Source: Adineta vaga
Taxonomy: Eukaryota > Animalia > Rotifera
DNA: 64,000 bases
Direction of reading: 5' to 3'
Assembly (NCBI GenBank): GCA_021613535.1
Contig: CP075493.1
Span: forward strand, 5,766,001 to 5,830,000
Below, piece by piece: positions 18,503 through 32,200 of the stretch; position 1 is the first letter of the stretch; each line of letters opens with the position of its first letter. Below the pieces are notes generated by a model. It worked only from the letters and a program-made list of their open reading frames with translations, ran no database searches and was not told where the DNA came from. The translations under genes were made by a program, and so were the position numbers.

Positions 18503-20378
18503 ACCTTCGATCTTATTTCCCTTACTCCTTCTTTCTCTCGTTCTCTCTCTCTCTTTTACTTTTCATTATTGTCGTATAAACGTGTGTGCGTCTGTGTATC
18601 AGTGGCTTCTTTTAATTCTTCATTTTGATTGACAAAAATACAACATCATCAATTCCGATCAAACTCAACTGCTGCTCTAATTTTAATCATACTTTAACAA
18701 AATAACAACAACGATAACAACAATTCAATACGTGATGAGAATAATCACCACTCAGCTTTAGTATGCATCTTCACCGTCGCATCTTTATTTCTTTCTTCTT
18801 TTTTTTTCGTTTTTCAACGTGCTTTTGTACACTATTCTCTTCTTTCTCTTTTCTATCCTTATCTCTTCAAACCTAAAACTATCCTTGTGTGTGCGTGCGT
18901 GTTTCTCTCTCTCTCTCTATATATTTTTTCTCACATTCATGTTGCTGTTCTGCGTGCGTGCGCGTGTGAGTGTTCAGTTACCATCTGCAAAAACAATAAC
19001 AACAGCTTCATTCTGATGTTAATACATACATGCACATTCATTACACTCTTTTTGATCCTCCACTTCGTCTTTTTTTCTCAACTTCCTTCATTCTTTCTTT
19101 ATCTTCATTTTGCTGTCATTCGCTTCTTTTTCTCTCTTTTTTTTCAGCCCATATACATTATAAAGAAAAGTCTGCAGCAAAAATAATGAACGAAACTGAA
19201 AAAAAAACTTACAACCACCAAAATATATTATCTATAATGACTTTGAATTTTGAATTATTTCATGTATACATCTATGTCTAGAAATAGAATTTCGGTACAT
19301 ATCGGAAAAAAAACAATCGTCGTTTATCTTCGACTAGAAGGAAAGATTCACTTTTCAATTCAGTTGATTAGTATTTAAACGCAACAGAAACCGGAATTAA
19401 GCTCACCTATAATCTACTATATACAGGAATACATTACATGTAACCAGGTAAAACTATACGAAGCACTTAATTATATATGAACTTGAACTTCTCTATACAT
19501 TCTGATTACTTATAATGACGAGTATTCAGTGTGAAGAATTGATCACGTGTACGAATTCTAAAAGACCTTTCTATGGATAGTCATTGGGGTTTAATTTGTG
19601 TTGAATTTTCAAATATAAGAAAAAATTTCATTTTATATTTTATCAAATGAGAGACATCTTTCGAACTAGTGTGATCATATGTGTGTGTAAAAAAATAAGA
19701 ACGACGATATATTCACTATTGGTGAAAACCAATAGAGATGGAAGTCGTACTTGTCATCAATCAATTTTTATTTATTTATCGAATCCTTTTCTTTCTATTC
19801 AAAGTAAACAATAGATTCAATCGTGTCGAATGATCAGTTTCTGCCTATAATATCCAGATGGTTCACGATATTACGACTGTAGAAGATGAAATTCAAGGGT
19901 AGATTTTATCGATGTTCGTTTCCAAAATAATCCTTTTCTATTTATACTGAATTTACCCTATTGCGTGTTGTAAGTATCGTGACCATACTTTTTCTCCGTA
20001 CTAATAACTGGAATATCTGTTTTGCAAGCGTATACAAAATAATAACATCTTGTTGAAAATCTAGACGGAAGCAGAAGGTTATTAAACATCGATCGAATGT
20101 CATCCGGAAGCTTTGTGATATTCTAAAGATAGTTTATCCATACGTCGATGAAAGAATATTAAACTTCCATATCTTTGAATTTTAATATTTATTCGAATTG
20201 TTTATTGGGTCGACATGAAAATAATAGTAGGATCGAATCTACTCCATGTCTGTGCGTCAAGAGGATGAACATAAATCTCTACCATCTTTCGTCTGATTCA
20301 TCTTTGCTGTATATCTATAGTTCTGATTGACGTTTTAAATTTCTATTAAAACAATTCTTGTTTTTAAGATTTACAAAA

Positions 20379-22053
20379 ATGAATTTGTCGAAACATGTTA
20401 TCAATTGTTTGATTGTACTCATTCTTATTGATTCATATCACCATCGAGTCAACTCTCTTGAAAATGGTCTTCTACGACAGCCACCAATGGTAAATTGAAT
20501 ATCATAATTTTTAGAAAAATAGAGAAAACGTGTTCATTGATATCTAGGGTTGGTTAACTTGGCAACGATTTCGTTGTGTTATTGATTGTCATCAAAATCC
20601 GGATTCATGTATTAGGTATAATCATAAGGATTTCCGAAATGATCGTATGAATGAAAAGAATACTTACCATATTTTTAGTGAAAAATTAATTCGAACACAA
20701 GCACAATTACTTGTTGATGGTGGTTATTTAGCTGCCGGCTATGAATATATTATTATTGATGATTGTTGGTTGAATAATACACGAGCAGTAGTAAGTTGTA
20801 ATATCAAAACAAAACAAACATATGTATATACATATTATAGGATGGTTCATTACAACCAGATTATGATCGTTTTCCAAATGGTATTCAAGCATTGTCTGAC
20901 TATGTACATTCATTAGGATTAAAATTCGGTATTTATGAAGATTATGGTACAGAAACATGTGCTGGATATCCTGGTGTTTTAGGACATTTAGAACAAGATG
21001 CGCAAAGTATTATAAAACAAAACAAAAAGATTTTATTAGCAGTCTTATTTATATATTCTAGCATTTGCGTCATGGAAAGTTGATTATTTGAAATTAGATG
21101 GATGTAATGCTGATATAAAAGATTATGATACTGGTTATCCATCCATGGGAAAAGCATTGAATGCAACTGGAGTTCCGATAGCATATTCATGTTCTTGGCC
21201 AGCTTATCAAGAATATTCTAAAATGAAACCAAATTATTCTGCTATTGCTCAGACATGTAATTTATGGCGTAATTGGGGTGATATTGATGATTCATGGGAT
21301 AGTGTTTATTCAATTATACAATGGTTCGGAGATAATCAAGATCGTTTAGCACCATTTCATGGTCCTGGTCATTGGAATGATCCTGATATGGTAAAAGAAA
21401 TGTTTCAGCTATTGATGACGATTTATTTGAAAGTATATTGTTTTTAGATAGTTGTGGGTAATTACGGTTTAAGTCCAAGTCAATCACGTGCACAGATGGC
21501 ACTTTGGTCAATTATGGCCGCACCTTTGATACTATCAGTTGATTTAAGAACAATCAGTGATTGGGCACGTGATATTATTCTCAATAAAAATCTAATTGCT
21601 ATCAATCAAGATCCACTTGGAGCTATGGGTCGACGTATTCTTAAAGTAATTATTTCATTCTAATCAAAATCTTCATCATACAAATTTCAATACATTTTAT
21701 TGTCTAGTTAGATGGTAATGTAGAAGTATGGAGTAAATTATTGAAAGATGATCGTACAGCAGTAAGATTCTATTGAGACAAAATATGTATATCTAATTCT
21801 CATTGATATTGATTTTTAGTTTGTTGCACTTTATCCTGAACCATATGGAACACCGATCCGTATGAGTATTCTTCTCAGTGATCTTGGTTTAGGTCGTTTT
21901 GAGGAGTATGATTTTTACGAAACATTCCATGGTGAATTTCTTGGTAAATATCATAAAACGGATCGATATAATTTTACAATCAATCCATCCGGTGATGTCC
22001 ATGCATTTTATGTTGAATCGGGACTGATGAAATCGCACAAGATTCAATCGTGA
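20379..22053 (+). CDS. NAGA: Alpha-N-acetylgalactosaminidase / alpha-galactosidase (GH27), multi-exon
   Basis: Signal peptide then [21 protein letters not shown]; YIIIDDCW; [17 protein letters not shown]; YLKLDGC; YSCSWPAY; [14 protein letters not shown]; [10 protein letters not shown]; IAINQDPLG. Confidence 0.92.
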
Positions 22054-22775
22054 ACTTTCATTTAAACTGAATATTCATTTTTTCTATATTTATAATCACT
22101 CATCTCTCTTTTATGTTTGTGTTCATTTCTTTATACTTGGTAATCTTTGTCTTATATATATATATATTCATGCTCAAATATGGTGAAACTACTTTTATGA
22201 TAAAACAATAAAGTTTATTTAACAACCGAACAATTTGTCAAGAAAACGTTTCCATTCTATTGTCTGAAAATGTGTTGTCGTCACTAAATAGATTTGATTA
22301 TCATAATTGTCTACAACAAAATCATATTTTTCATGCGTGATAATGTAAAAAGTTTTGCAAGTATCTACTCACCATCTGTTAGCAATATACTCTTACATAT
22401 CTCGATCGTACGTTGTTATTGAATAAGAATTAATTATTTCATCAATAAAAACAGTTTTCTCAAAGATAATTGTTTGTAAATAAGATAGAATATGTCATAA
22501 TACAACATCCATAAAAATAGATCAAAAGGTCTTGAAGCATATGAATTATAAGCATAGAAAATGAGTTACATTAAGCATGAAAAACAAGCAAAGTATACGA
22601 TCTTTCTAATGTTCTATCTGACCAGAACATTGTAAACAATATTATTGATTACATATTGTTATTTTCAGGTACAATACGTCGTCCATTACTTCCTCCGTTA
22701 TGTAAATTAGCTCTTTGATGTTGTGGATGTTGCATAGATGAAACATTTTCACTATTCGTTCGAGTCACAGTGCCA

Positions 22776-25700
22776 TTACGAGCACGTCATTGTTGGTGAA
22801 TGATTTTGATGATTTATAGTTTCTAATTGTATATGATCATTTGAACGTAAAGCACCACTTTGTTTTGTTTCAACTCCAGGAACTTGAATACGTTCTTCTT
22901 TCGGTAAACGATCTTTTTTTGTTTCTTCTTCCGTTTCACAATATACACTAAAACTCCATAGATATGTTCCAACACGAACTGCCTAGATGATTAAATAATA
23001 ACACATCATTTAATAGTTCAAGTCTCGTATATGTTTCGATTTTACTTACAGCAAAGACAGCAATACAAAATCCAATGATTGCTCCACCGATAACATCTGT
23101 TGCATGATGTTTAAAATCAGTTACACGCGATAAACAAGTAAAGAAAGCAACAGCAATACATAAACATTGAAGAAATGGTTTGAGAAATTGTAAATTAGGA
23201 CAAACAAGACGTGCTTCGAAATAAACCTATGAGAAAAAGAAAGTATGCGATTAGTTTAGTTTGATAGGACTAAACTTACGAAGAGAAAAACGAATGCATA
23301 TGTTGAATAACTTGAATGACCTGATGGAAATGACAGCTTTGCTTCTTGAAGTTCACTTTCCGATGCTGTTGTATTACAATGATGATCAAGAATATATCTA
23401 ATAGATAAATACATACATCTCTTTTTCTACAAAGTCATTCTAATAAGAAAATTTACTGAGAAATCTGTATAACACCACTGCCTGTTGATACACTTTTTGT
23501 ACATTGAATATTCATCCAAATTGGATTGCAAATACTTATATAATATGGTCTTAATCGACCAATCGTACCTATACGAATGTTCTATGTTAACAACAATAGA
23601 TTTGATATTTTATTAAACTCTTACGTTTGCCAACTTCTGTAATTAAAAAACAGATTGCAATACCAAGAAGAAATAAAAATGTTGATTGAAGAATTGTTTT
23701 AATATAATCCACTTGTCGTTGTCTCAAACTATTTCTACTTGGTCCCCGGCCACAATGAAACGGACGAACAACCCATATTTCCACAATACAAAACTATACA
23801 GAAAACAGAAAAACACAACGTATTTTCATTTTTCTATTCGAAAGAAAGTAAAGTACAAAAAAAGTTCATCAATGCTATAATATGAACATATCCATAGTAA
23901 GACAAGCTTTTTCTAATTGATACTAACATACTGACTAATACTTTTGTTACATAATGAAATACTTACAATAACAACCGGTCCGATTCCTCCATACACACCC
24001 AATAACCACATTGGAATAGTATCGTGTTTAAACGGATATTGAATCGATGTATCGTCACAATAAAATCCACGTTGTACTGGTTTAATTAATAAATATACCA
24101 ATCCGAAAACGAGACATGCTATACGGCAAAAAAAAGAAGAAAAGAATGTTTTGGATGATCAATTATGGACATACTTGCTGCAATTGCCAAAAAATCGAAT
24201 AGATTATTTAATAAAGCTCGTCGTTTGGGTTTTTTAGGTTGACTACCATGTTCGACGTCTTGATTGACATTTTTATCACCACCTAATTTATCCATAATAA
24301 ATTCTACTTCACTTGTCGGGGTTGATGCTGAAAGAAAAGAATTTTATTGTAAATTGAAACCTTCACTAGAAAAAAACATGAGAGAATGCTGTTTTTTAGT
24401 TTTTGTTTTAAAAAAAAGAAAAATTTTAAAGGAAAAAAGACTACTTGAGCATTTTTAATAGTTTTTTTCTCATAAATGTTTGTACTAAAGAAAATTAGAA
24501 CAAGAAAACAATGACGTCTTTTTTTTTACAGTGCTTCGCCTTCAGGAAATGTAAACTAGTCGTCTGTAATCATTGTTATTTCTTTTCTTTCTTCATATTT
24601 GATTATATCACTAAGTAACAATGATATTTCAAAATATCATTCGACAACTACGAGACAAACCTGAATAAGGCATTAAAATCGATTAATTCATACCAATTTT
24701 CACAAACGTTTCGTTTTTATTTGAAAAATTCTTTTATTTTGATAAACTGATAAGTAAAAATGATGTTTTTTTGGGTTGGTTGCTATCTAACTATTTATTT
24801 ATCTCCTTCTATACTTGTTTTTATCGTCATCTGAGTATATGAATAAGAAAGATGACTTTTTTTGTATCAAGCTGGATTACCTGATGAAGATCGAATAACT
24901 TACGAAAGAAAAAAATGAATTGTCAGGTGTTTTTTTCTAATACGTTTTTTTATTATACATATTCAATGATAACATGGAGAGAGAGAAAAAAAGGGTGAAT
25001 AATATGTAGGTAAAGAGTGACGTAAAACAGCAGAAGAGGTAAAGTATAGTTCGACGAGAACTATTAATCATCTCTTACTTACCAGCATTTCGTGATCGGG
25101 AAATGATCTGTTGTTGTGGTGGTGGTCGTTGGTCATTATCGTAATAGAATGCATTCGGTTTTTCATAGATATTTCCAGATCGATTTTGTCTTGGATAATT
25201 AAAATTAGATGTCAATGGGGGTGTTAATGGTTGAAATGTATCATATAACGGATTATATTCTGCTGTACCACGTTTTCGTGATGGATATCTTTCGAGAATA
25301 TATCGTTTATTTGTAGCTGAAGAAAGAAAAAAATCAGATCCATAATAATGACGATTCTCCGGGATGGAGAAGATCATGTTTTGTGTGTCAAAATGAAAAT
25401 GAAAGAGATAAAATGTAATGAATTTATAAATATAATTAAAATTCGAATATCATTGACATCTACTCACCATCAGAGGATTCATTCGATGGTGAAATCATAT
25501 AAATAATAGGTTTCATTTCGTCTGTTAGACTAATGTCATTCAATGTAACTCGATTAGTTTTATAATTTCAACGATTGCAATTCAAACCACCTACTTATTT
25601 GACATTTTATAACGGTTTTATTCATCTAGTCTTCTTTTTTTCTTCTTCTTCTTCTTCGTATGTCTCCATTCAATATGGTTCGTGTATTACAATCATAAAA

Positions 25701-26745
25701 GTTGGTGTCATCGGTTCCTTTTTTTTCTCTTCTTCTTCTTCTTCATCAGATCTTAAAGACTATTCAGAATGCAAATACCATCTCGAATTTCTCCTATCTT
25801 GAGTAAATAAAACAAATGATGTTGTGATACTAATGACACACTAATCATCGATTTGTTGTTTCTATGCAGATATATTCTCAATACACTTCTCACATACACA
25901 CAGATATGCTGGAAATTTCGAAAAAAGTGTAATCATTTTACTATAAGAATTATCTTTCTTTCAACTACTGATGTATATAACAATGCATACTGAATGAGTA
26001 GAGAGTACCTTCAACATCTTTATGAGAGCATTATCTTCTATGTTTCAAGGGTAAAGATTAGACAAAATTTGTTGGCTAAGATGAATAATGATGTACGCGT
26101 GTGTGTGATTTGATTGACATTGATGTATTTTATTAAATGCAACTACTCTGTCGATTTGAATCACTTGAACAAACATCAAGAGATTTGATTATATATGCTT
26201 GTATGTCTAATTCAAAGTCCTCAAAAAGAAATGATTGTAAAGACAAGTATTTTGTATAAACAATCAAGAAAAAGTAAATATTCGAGGAATAAAACGAAGG
26301 TGAAAGATTTCTTAAAAGTCTACAATCAAATTTTAACTAAGAATATCTTTATCAGACGATTTTTTGATACGCTTTAAAAAAAACTAGAACATGAATAAAT
26401 ATTCGCATACCTTCATCGAGTAATAACTCCATATTCAATCGGTTTGACAAATGTGTCGATAATGATGATCAACATCAATTCTTCTATCTTTCTTTTTTTT
26501 TCATTCTCTTTCTCCTTCTCTTTCTGCATGTATACAGACAAAAGAATAAATCAATTGCGATTAAATACTAGTTTACGAAAGTACATAGACAAATGAGTAT
26601 TCAACCATAATATAAATGATCACTATAGGTTATTGTTCTATCTTCTGATATATAATTTACCTGGTAATTGTCGTGTATGTTCTCGATCATAATTCGTTTC
26701 ACTAATAAATAATAATGGACGATCCGTTGGTTGTCGATCAGACAT
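22776..26745 (-). CDS. PLPP1: Phospholipid phosphatase (PAP2/wunen/PLPP family) with alternative first exons
   Basis: RGFYCDDTSIQYP; catalytic motifs K(R)TIGRLRP, SFPSGH and SRVTDFKHHATD. Two phase-1 first exons (26745-26661 and 25377-~25083) can each splice to the acceptor at ~24338. In-frame stop at 22776-22778 (see the frameshift finding). Confidence 0.88.
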
Positions 26746-27040
26746 TACAAATCAAGAATGAATAAATTTAGATGTACGATTTTCGTTGATTAATAAAAAA
26801 AGGACTTTTTTCGATTCAAGGTATCTTCACCTTTTTTTCATCCTTCCTTTGCTTTGCTTTCTTTGCTTTACTCTGCGTGGGCGGCTTTTTTGCATTCTGT
26901 TCTGTTTTTTTTCAGTGGTTTGTACTTGCACAACAGATTTGCAAGAACATGTTGCTGTTAGTTTTAAAAAAAAGTATATATACGCTTGTGAAGAATAGCT
27001 TTTCTCATACAAAATATTAATTTGAACAATATTATTCATC

Positions 27041-28788
27041 ATGTGTAGTGAAGCTGCTAAAGTTCTTCTTGCTGAAACATGGTCAGAAGATATTGATCCG
27101 ACAGGATGGTGGATGAGTGAAAAACTCGATGGTGTTCGGTATGAGATTTATTTGGAAAGAAAGAAAGCAATGCTTTGATTTTTGTTTTTCTTTTATAGAG
27201 CATACTGGAATGGAAAAAATTTTTATTCAAGACAAGGAAATCTTTTTCATGCACCTGATTTTTTCAAGGCTGCACTACCTAAAGTTCCACTCGATGGTGA
27301 AATATGGTAAAGTTGTTTTTCTTTTTTTCTTCTCCTGTAGTTATATATTTACCATTTCCTTTGCTTTCAGGTGTGGCCGGGGTTTATTTCAAAAATGTGT
27401 TAGTATTGTCAAAAAACAAGCAAATAAAGTGGTGCCTCAAGATTATAAACTACTGACGTATCTAATTTTTGACGCACCAACTCAAGGAGGAAAATATGAA
27501 GATCGTGTCAAATGGTTACAAGCAAATATTCCACAAGATGATGATAACTGTTATGCTACAGTTGTTGGTATTAAAAAATGCGAAGGTTTAGCACAATTAA
27601 AACAATATTTAGCTGATGTGAACAAAGCTGGTGGAGAAGGTATTATGCTTCGTAAACCAGGTAGTCTTTATGAACATAAACGTTCAACTACTTTACTGAA
27701 AGTAAAAACGTTTTATGACGAAGGTAAATAGAAGATAATACGAAAGAAACAATGAGTTTTTTTCTCTCTATTGTACTTTTATAGAAGCTCATGTCATTGG
27801 TCATAAACCGAGTAAAAGCTTAATTGGTATGACTGGTGCTCTTGAATGTGAATTACCGAATGGAAAACGATTTGATGTTGGTAGTGGACTTACTATGGAT
27901 CAACGACGAAAACCACCAAAAATCGGTTCAGTCATTACATTTAAATTTCAAGAATTATCCAATAGTGGTAGCCCACGATTTCCGACATTTCTTCGTGTTC
28001 GTACTGATCTGACATGGAATGATGTTCTTGAAGCAGCTAAAACAAAAAAACCTGTCAGTGTCATACAGAAAGTGGTTCCATCGGCAAAATTATCTAAACA
28101 ACATTCAATATTATTTTCTGTTATTCCATCACGTGATGCCAAAACCGATAAGAAAATCGTCACATCCGATGACGAAGATGAAGATGCACCATCTACATCT
28201 ACATCCACATCGACAAAGACGAATGATTCTCGACCGATGTGTAAATTTGGTGCAAAATGTTATCGAACAAATCCTGATCATCTAAAACAATATCAACATT
28301 CGTCATCCAGTACGAAACCTGCCAAAACTACGGAAGCTGAATCGACCAATAAAACTGCTAAAACTGCAGAAGCAGAATCTACAACCAAACCGCCCTGCAC
28401 ATTTGGTGCGAAATGTTATCGTACAAGTTCCATTCATTTAGCTACTTATTCTCATCCATCTAAAAATGGAACAAAGGAAGCGAGTGAAGAAGATATACTT
28501 GATACTCGTGAATTAGTTGAAGCTGAAGAACCTGCTTCACCAACCACAACTGATAATTTATTAGTCAAAGATAAAAATAAAGGCCTGACATTCGACGATG
28601 ATGATGATGAAAGTAATGATCAAGAAATGGTTAGTCGTTCTAAAAAAGATTGGACCAATCTTGAAAATAAATGCAAAGAACAAAGCAAACGTTTAGCATA
28701 TCTTGAAGAAATGTTTAAAACGACAAAACGATCGAATTCAACAACTGATAATAATGAAGAAAGCAACAAACGTATGAAAACAGATTGA
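27041..28788 (+). CDS. ligE: Bacterial-type ATP-dependent DNA ligase (ligase E-like) with two C-terminal PBZ zinc fingers; 4 exons
   Basis: Exons 27041-27138, 27199-27306, 27371-27723 and 27785-28788. Ligase motifs WWMSEKLDGVRAYWNG (KxDG), LDGEIW, IFDAP, GEGIMLR, LLKVK; OB domain FDVGSG..PPKIGSVITFKFQ..PRFPTFLRVR. PBZ fingers CKFGAKCYRTNPDHLKQYQH and CTFGAKCYRTSSIHLATYSH. Confidence 0.93.
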
Positions 28789-29234
28789 AACATTTTTTGT
28801 TTGTTGTATTTAATTACTCAACTAGTACATATTATCTTATTTTCGTTGTATTGTAATTTTGTTTTTTGAAAAAAAGAAAAGAAATCAATCTCATTATTTG
28901 AGATACATATAGACAAACAAAGAAATAATAATAATAATCATAGTAATAATTTAGAAGACAACAGATACATAAAAATAAAATAGAAAGAAATACATTTCGT
29001 TTATTTTCCTTTCTATCAGACAATGATTGTCATTAGAGAGAAAAATGTCTTATTTACACACAGGGATTCTCGCAAGACAGGTGACTAGAGTGCATAGATA
29101 TATGGCATATTTATGTGCGGTATGTATTCAAAGATGAGAAGATAAAAGAGAGAGAGAGAGAAGAAAGAAAGAAAGAAAGAAAAAAAAAGAAAACAGCAAC
29201 ACAGGGATATTGGCAAGCGTTGTCACATTCACTG

Positions 29235-32200
29235 TCATACCGTTTGTTTGTCATCTGTTGTTGGTTTATTTGTTATATCACTAAGGTTTGTTGGTATTGT
29301 TATAGTACGTGAATCATCTCCTAATAAATCATTTGTTGAACCTTGTTCTTCTACAGGTGTTAAACTATTTGTTTTTCGTCTTGCTAAACTTCTATCATCT
29401 GTATCGGCTGGCAAATTCAAATCATAACGATGTGTTGATGATTCACTTTGAGTGGAATGAAGAAGGACAATATTATGTTGTATAGATGCAGATGATGGTC
29501 GATGTTGTATCACATTCATTGTATTTATGGTATGACCAGTCGATGCTGATGCACGTGGTGTTAATGAAAGTGGCAATTGAAAATCACCCAATTCTTCATC
29601 TAATTCTTCTTCATTTGTTGTCGCATTCGTATTATTCATACGATCCTTTGAAAACATAAAAAGAATCAATAATAATATTATTCATCTAGTTGAGATGCCA
29701 CTAATACTGAATAATTATTCTCTTTCAGATAATAAAGATCTGTTTTTTTTTAATCGGAAATGAATCTTTGTAAGCTTAACAAAAGAAAAAAGTAATCAAT
29801 TTATAATCCATATCAAGGACTTCTATTCATCAGATGCCAAGAAACGATATGTAATGGAGTTGGGCAAAAATCAGTTTTGTTTAATATCCTTCTTTGCATA
29901 GAAATCACTAACGTTCCTGAAAAGTCCTAACATCTAATTCAAAGAGGTTAATTCGATCTCAATTGAATGTTGATATGATTTGAAATAACAAAGTTCTCTA
30001 TTGCTTTGACTATATCTTGTCATTTTCATTGAAAATTACCGTATTATTTTTCAAAGTGCTCTTCTTTCTTCTTCGTACGCTACAACACCACCATTTTCGA
30101 CGATTTAATATAAATTGTCTTGCAGGAGAACCTAATCGAGCGATACCAGTTGCTGGATGGCCACCAGTTGCAGTATTTGCACCGCCACCACCCATTAATA
30201 CATCTGGACCCATTTCAACAAATTCCCGATCCTGAACGAAAAAGAAAAAGCCCCAGGATGATGAATGAATTATTACGAAGAAAATTTTTTATTCTCTCAT
30301 ACAGTTGTTAATTCTAAGCAACGAAGTAAATGATGATGTTGTAATTCAAATGGATTAACAAGATTTTTGTCAACAGGTCTATCAGGATCATCAAGATATT
30401 GTTCATGACGTCGTTTAGCAGCAACAAATGCATTACTGGTTGCATTTCGTGCTAGACGTATTCGTGTTTGACGTGCTTTTCGTTGTGCTTTCATTTTATC
30501 CGCTCGTTGACTTTGATGATAAATTCGACTAAAATTTGATACAATAACAGGAACAGGAAGAGCAATCACCAGTACACCACTTAAACTACATACACCACCA
30601 ACAATTTTACCAGCCCTAAACATTTCATAGATGTTTATATTCTAAAGATTATTGCATTACTCACCAAGTTTTTGGTACTATATCGCCATAACTAAAGTAA
30701 ACAGAAAGAAAACCAATCAATTTCAATGCCTAGACAAATGCTCTTTCTATCATCAGTATTATAAGCAAAATTGTTTATTTTCTGTCAGATTTAGTATGTT
30801 TTTTTTTCGATGATATGTATGTTATATATCATTTCGAAGATATTTTACTCAATATGACAAGAATCAATTAATTATGTCCTTTGTATATAATTATAATCAA
30901 TCATTTTTTTTCACATGCTCAATTCTCAATAGAAATAAAGCTGTTATTCTCTGTAGTATATCAGATATAATAGAATAAACATTACTATCTGTATACATAT
31001 ATATTTATATATATATATATTAAATTAGTTAGTTCACACGTAATTCTAGCTCGAGGCGTTGACAGGATCAGTTTTGTTTAGATTTATCTGATAATTGTTG
31101 TTTTTTCATTATAGTATGAAACTATCCAATTCCAAATCGAATTTTTCTTTTCTATGTAATCTAAGGATTATGAATGAGATCAAAGTATAGTTGTATATCT
31201 ATCAAATGTGAAGTATCTAAAAATAATAATAATAATAATAATGTAAGAAAACATGAGGGATTTGTTTTTGTTTGCACCTTTTCTTTTGTTTCCATGAACA
31301 AGAAATATAATAAGTGATGATAACTATTTAATTCAATTACAGATTGACTTGTTACAAGTTATATATCGTAAATGATTTGCATCAATGATTTTATCATGTT
31401 CAAAACTCGAAACAATTGAATAAATATATTCTTTATAGACTTTGACATTATTAATGAATGTCAAGCAATCAATAATAATAATCAGTTTTTTTTTATCATA
31501 GCTATTTGTCTACCTTTTCAACTCTGTAAGAAAATCAATCATTTCTAGCTTCTTACATTTTATATATATACACATGACCTTTGAAAGCTACAGATATAAT
31601 CGTATGTTATTTATAGTTATTGAATAAGATCATGTATCCCTAGGATCCCTATTATTCAGTTCTATAATTATCTTCATATTCATTCTTACCCAAGTGTTGT
31701 CATTGTAACAATAGTATACCAAAATGCAGCTGGTATCGATGTAAATTTTGTATTTACAACACTTTTTTCGGCATAATACATAACAGTAGCAAATATAATA
31801 ATAGCCATTGTTAATGAAAATAAGAGAAAACCAAGTTCACTAGCACAACTTTTTAATGTATAACCTAGGACTCTTAAACCTTGGCTATGTCGAGAAAATT
31901 TAAATATACGAAATACACGAAATACACGAAGAGTAACAAATGCGCCACTAACTTCGCCTTTCTGATGCATAAATAATCCAATATAATACGGCATAATTGC
32001 AACGACATCAATAACAGACTAGAAAATAAGATAACATAAGAAAAGTCAAGTACATGTTTTTTTCTGTTATAAATAAATCTATTTTACCATAACAGATCGA
32101 ATAAATTTCAATCGATCAGGTGCAGCATAAAGCCGAAGAAAATATTCAACAGTAAATATCATAACACAAGCCGTATCAAGACAAAAGAATTGCCGAGAGA

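Noticed and set aside
18819-19281. Phe/Leu-rich ORFs after GSK3 (similar ones at 4865-5994 and 33599-35111)
   Set aside because: Pyrimidine-rich UTR or intergenic sequence; no splice-consistent structure or motifs.
27041-28788. Bacterial contamination as the source of the ligase
   Set aside because: Three spliceosomal introns, eukaryotic PBZ domains, host-like composition and contiguity with animal genes.
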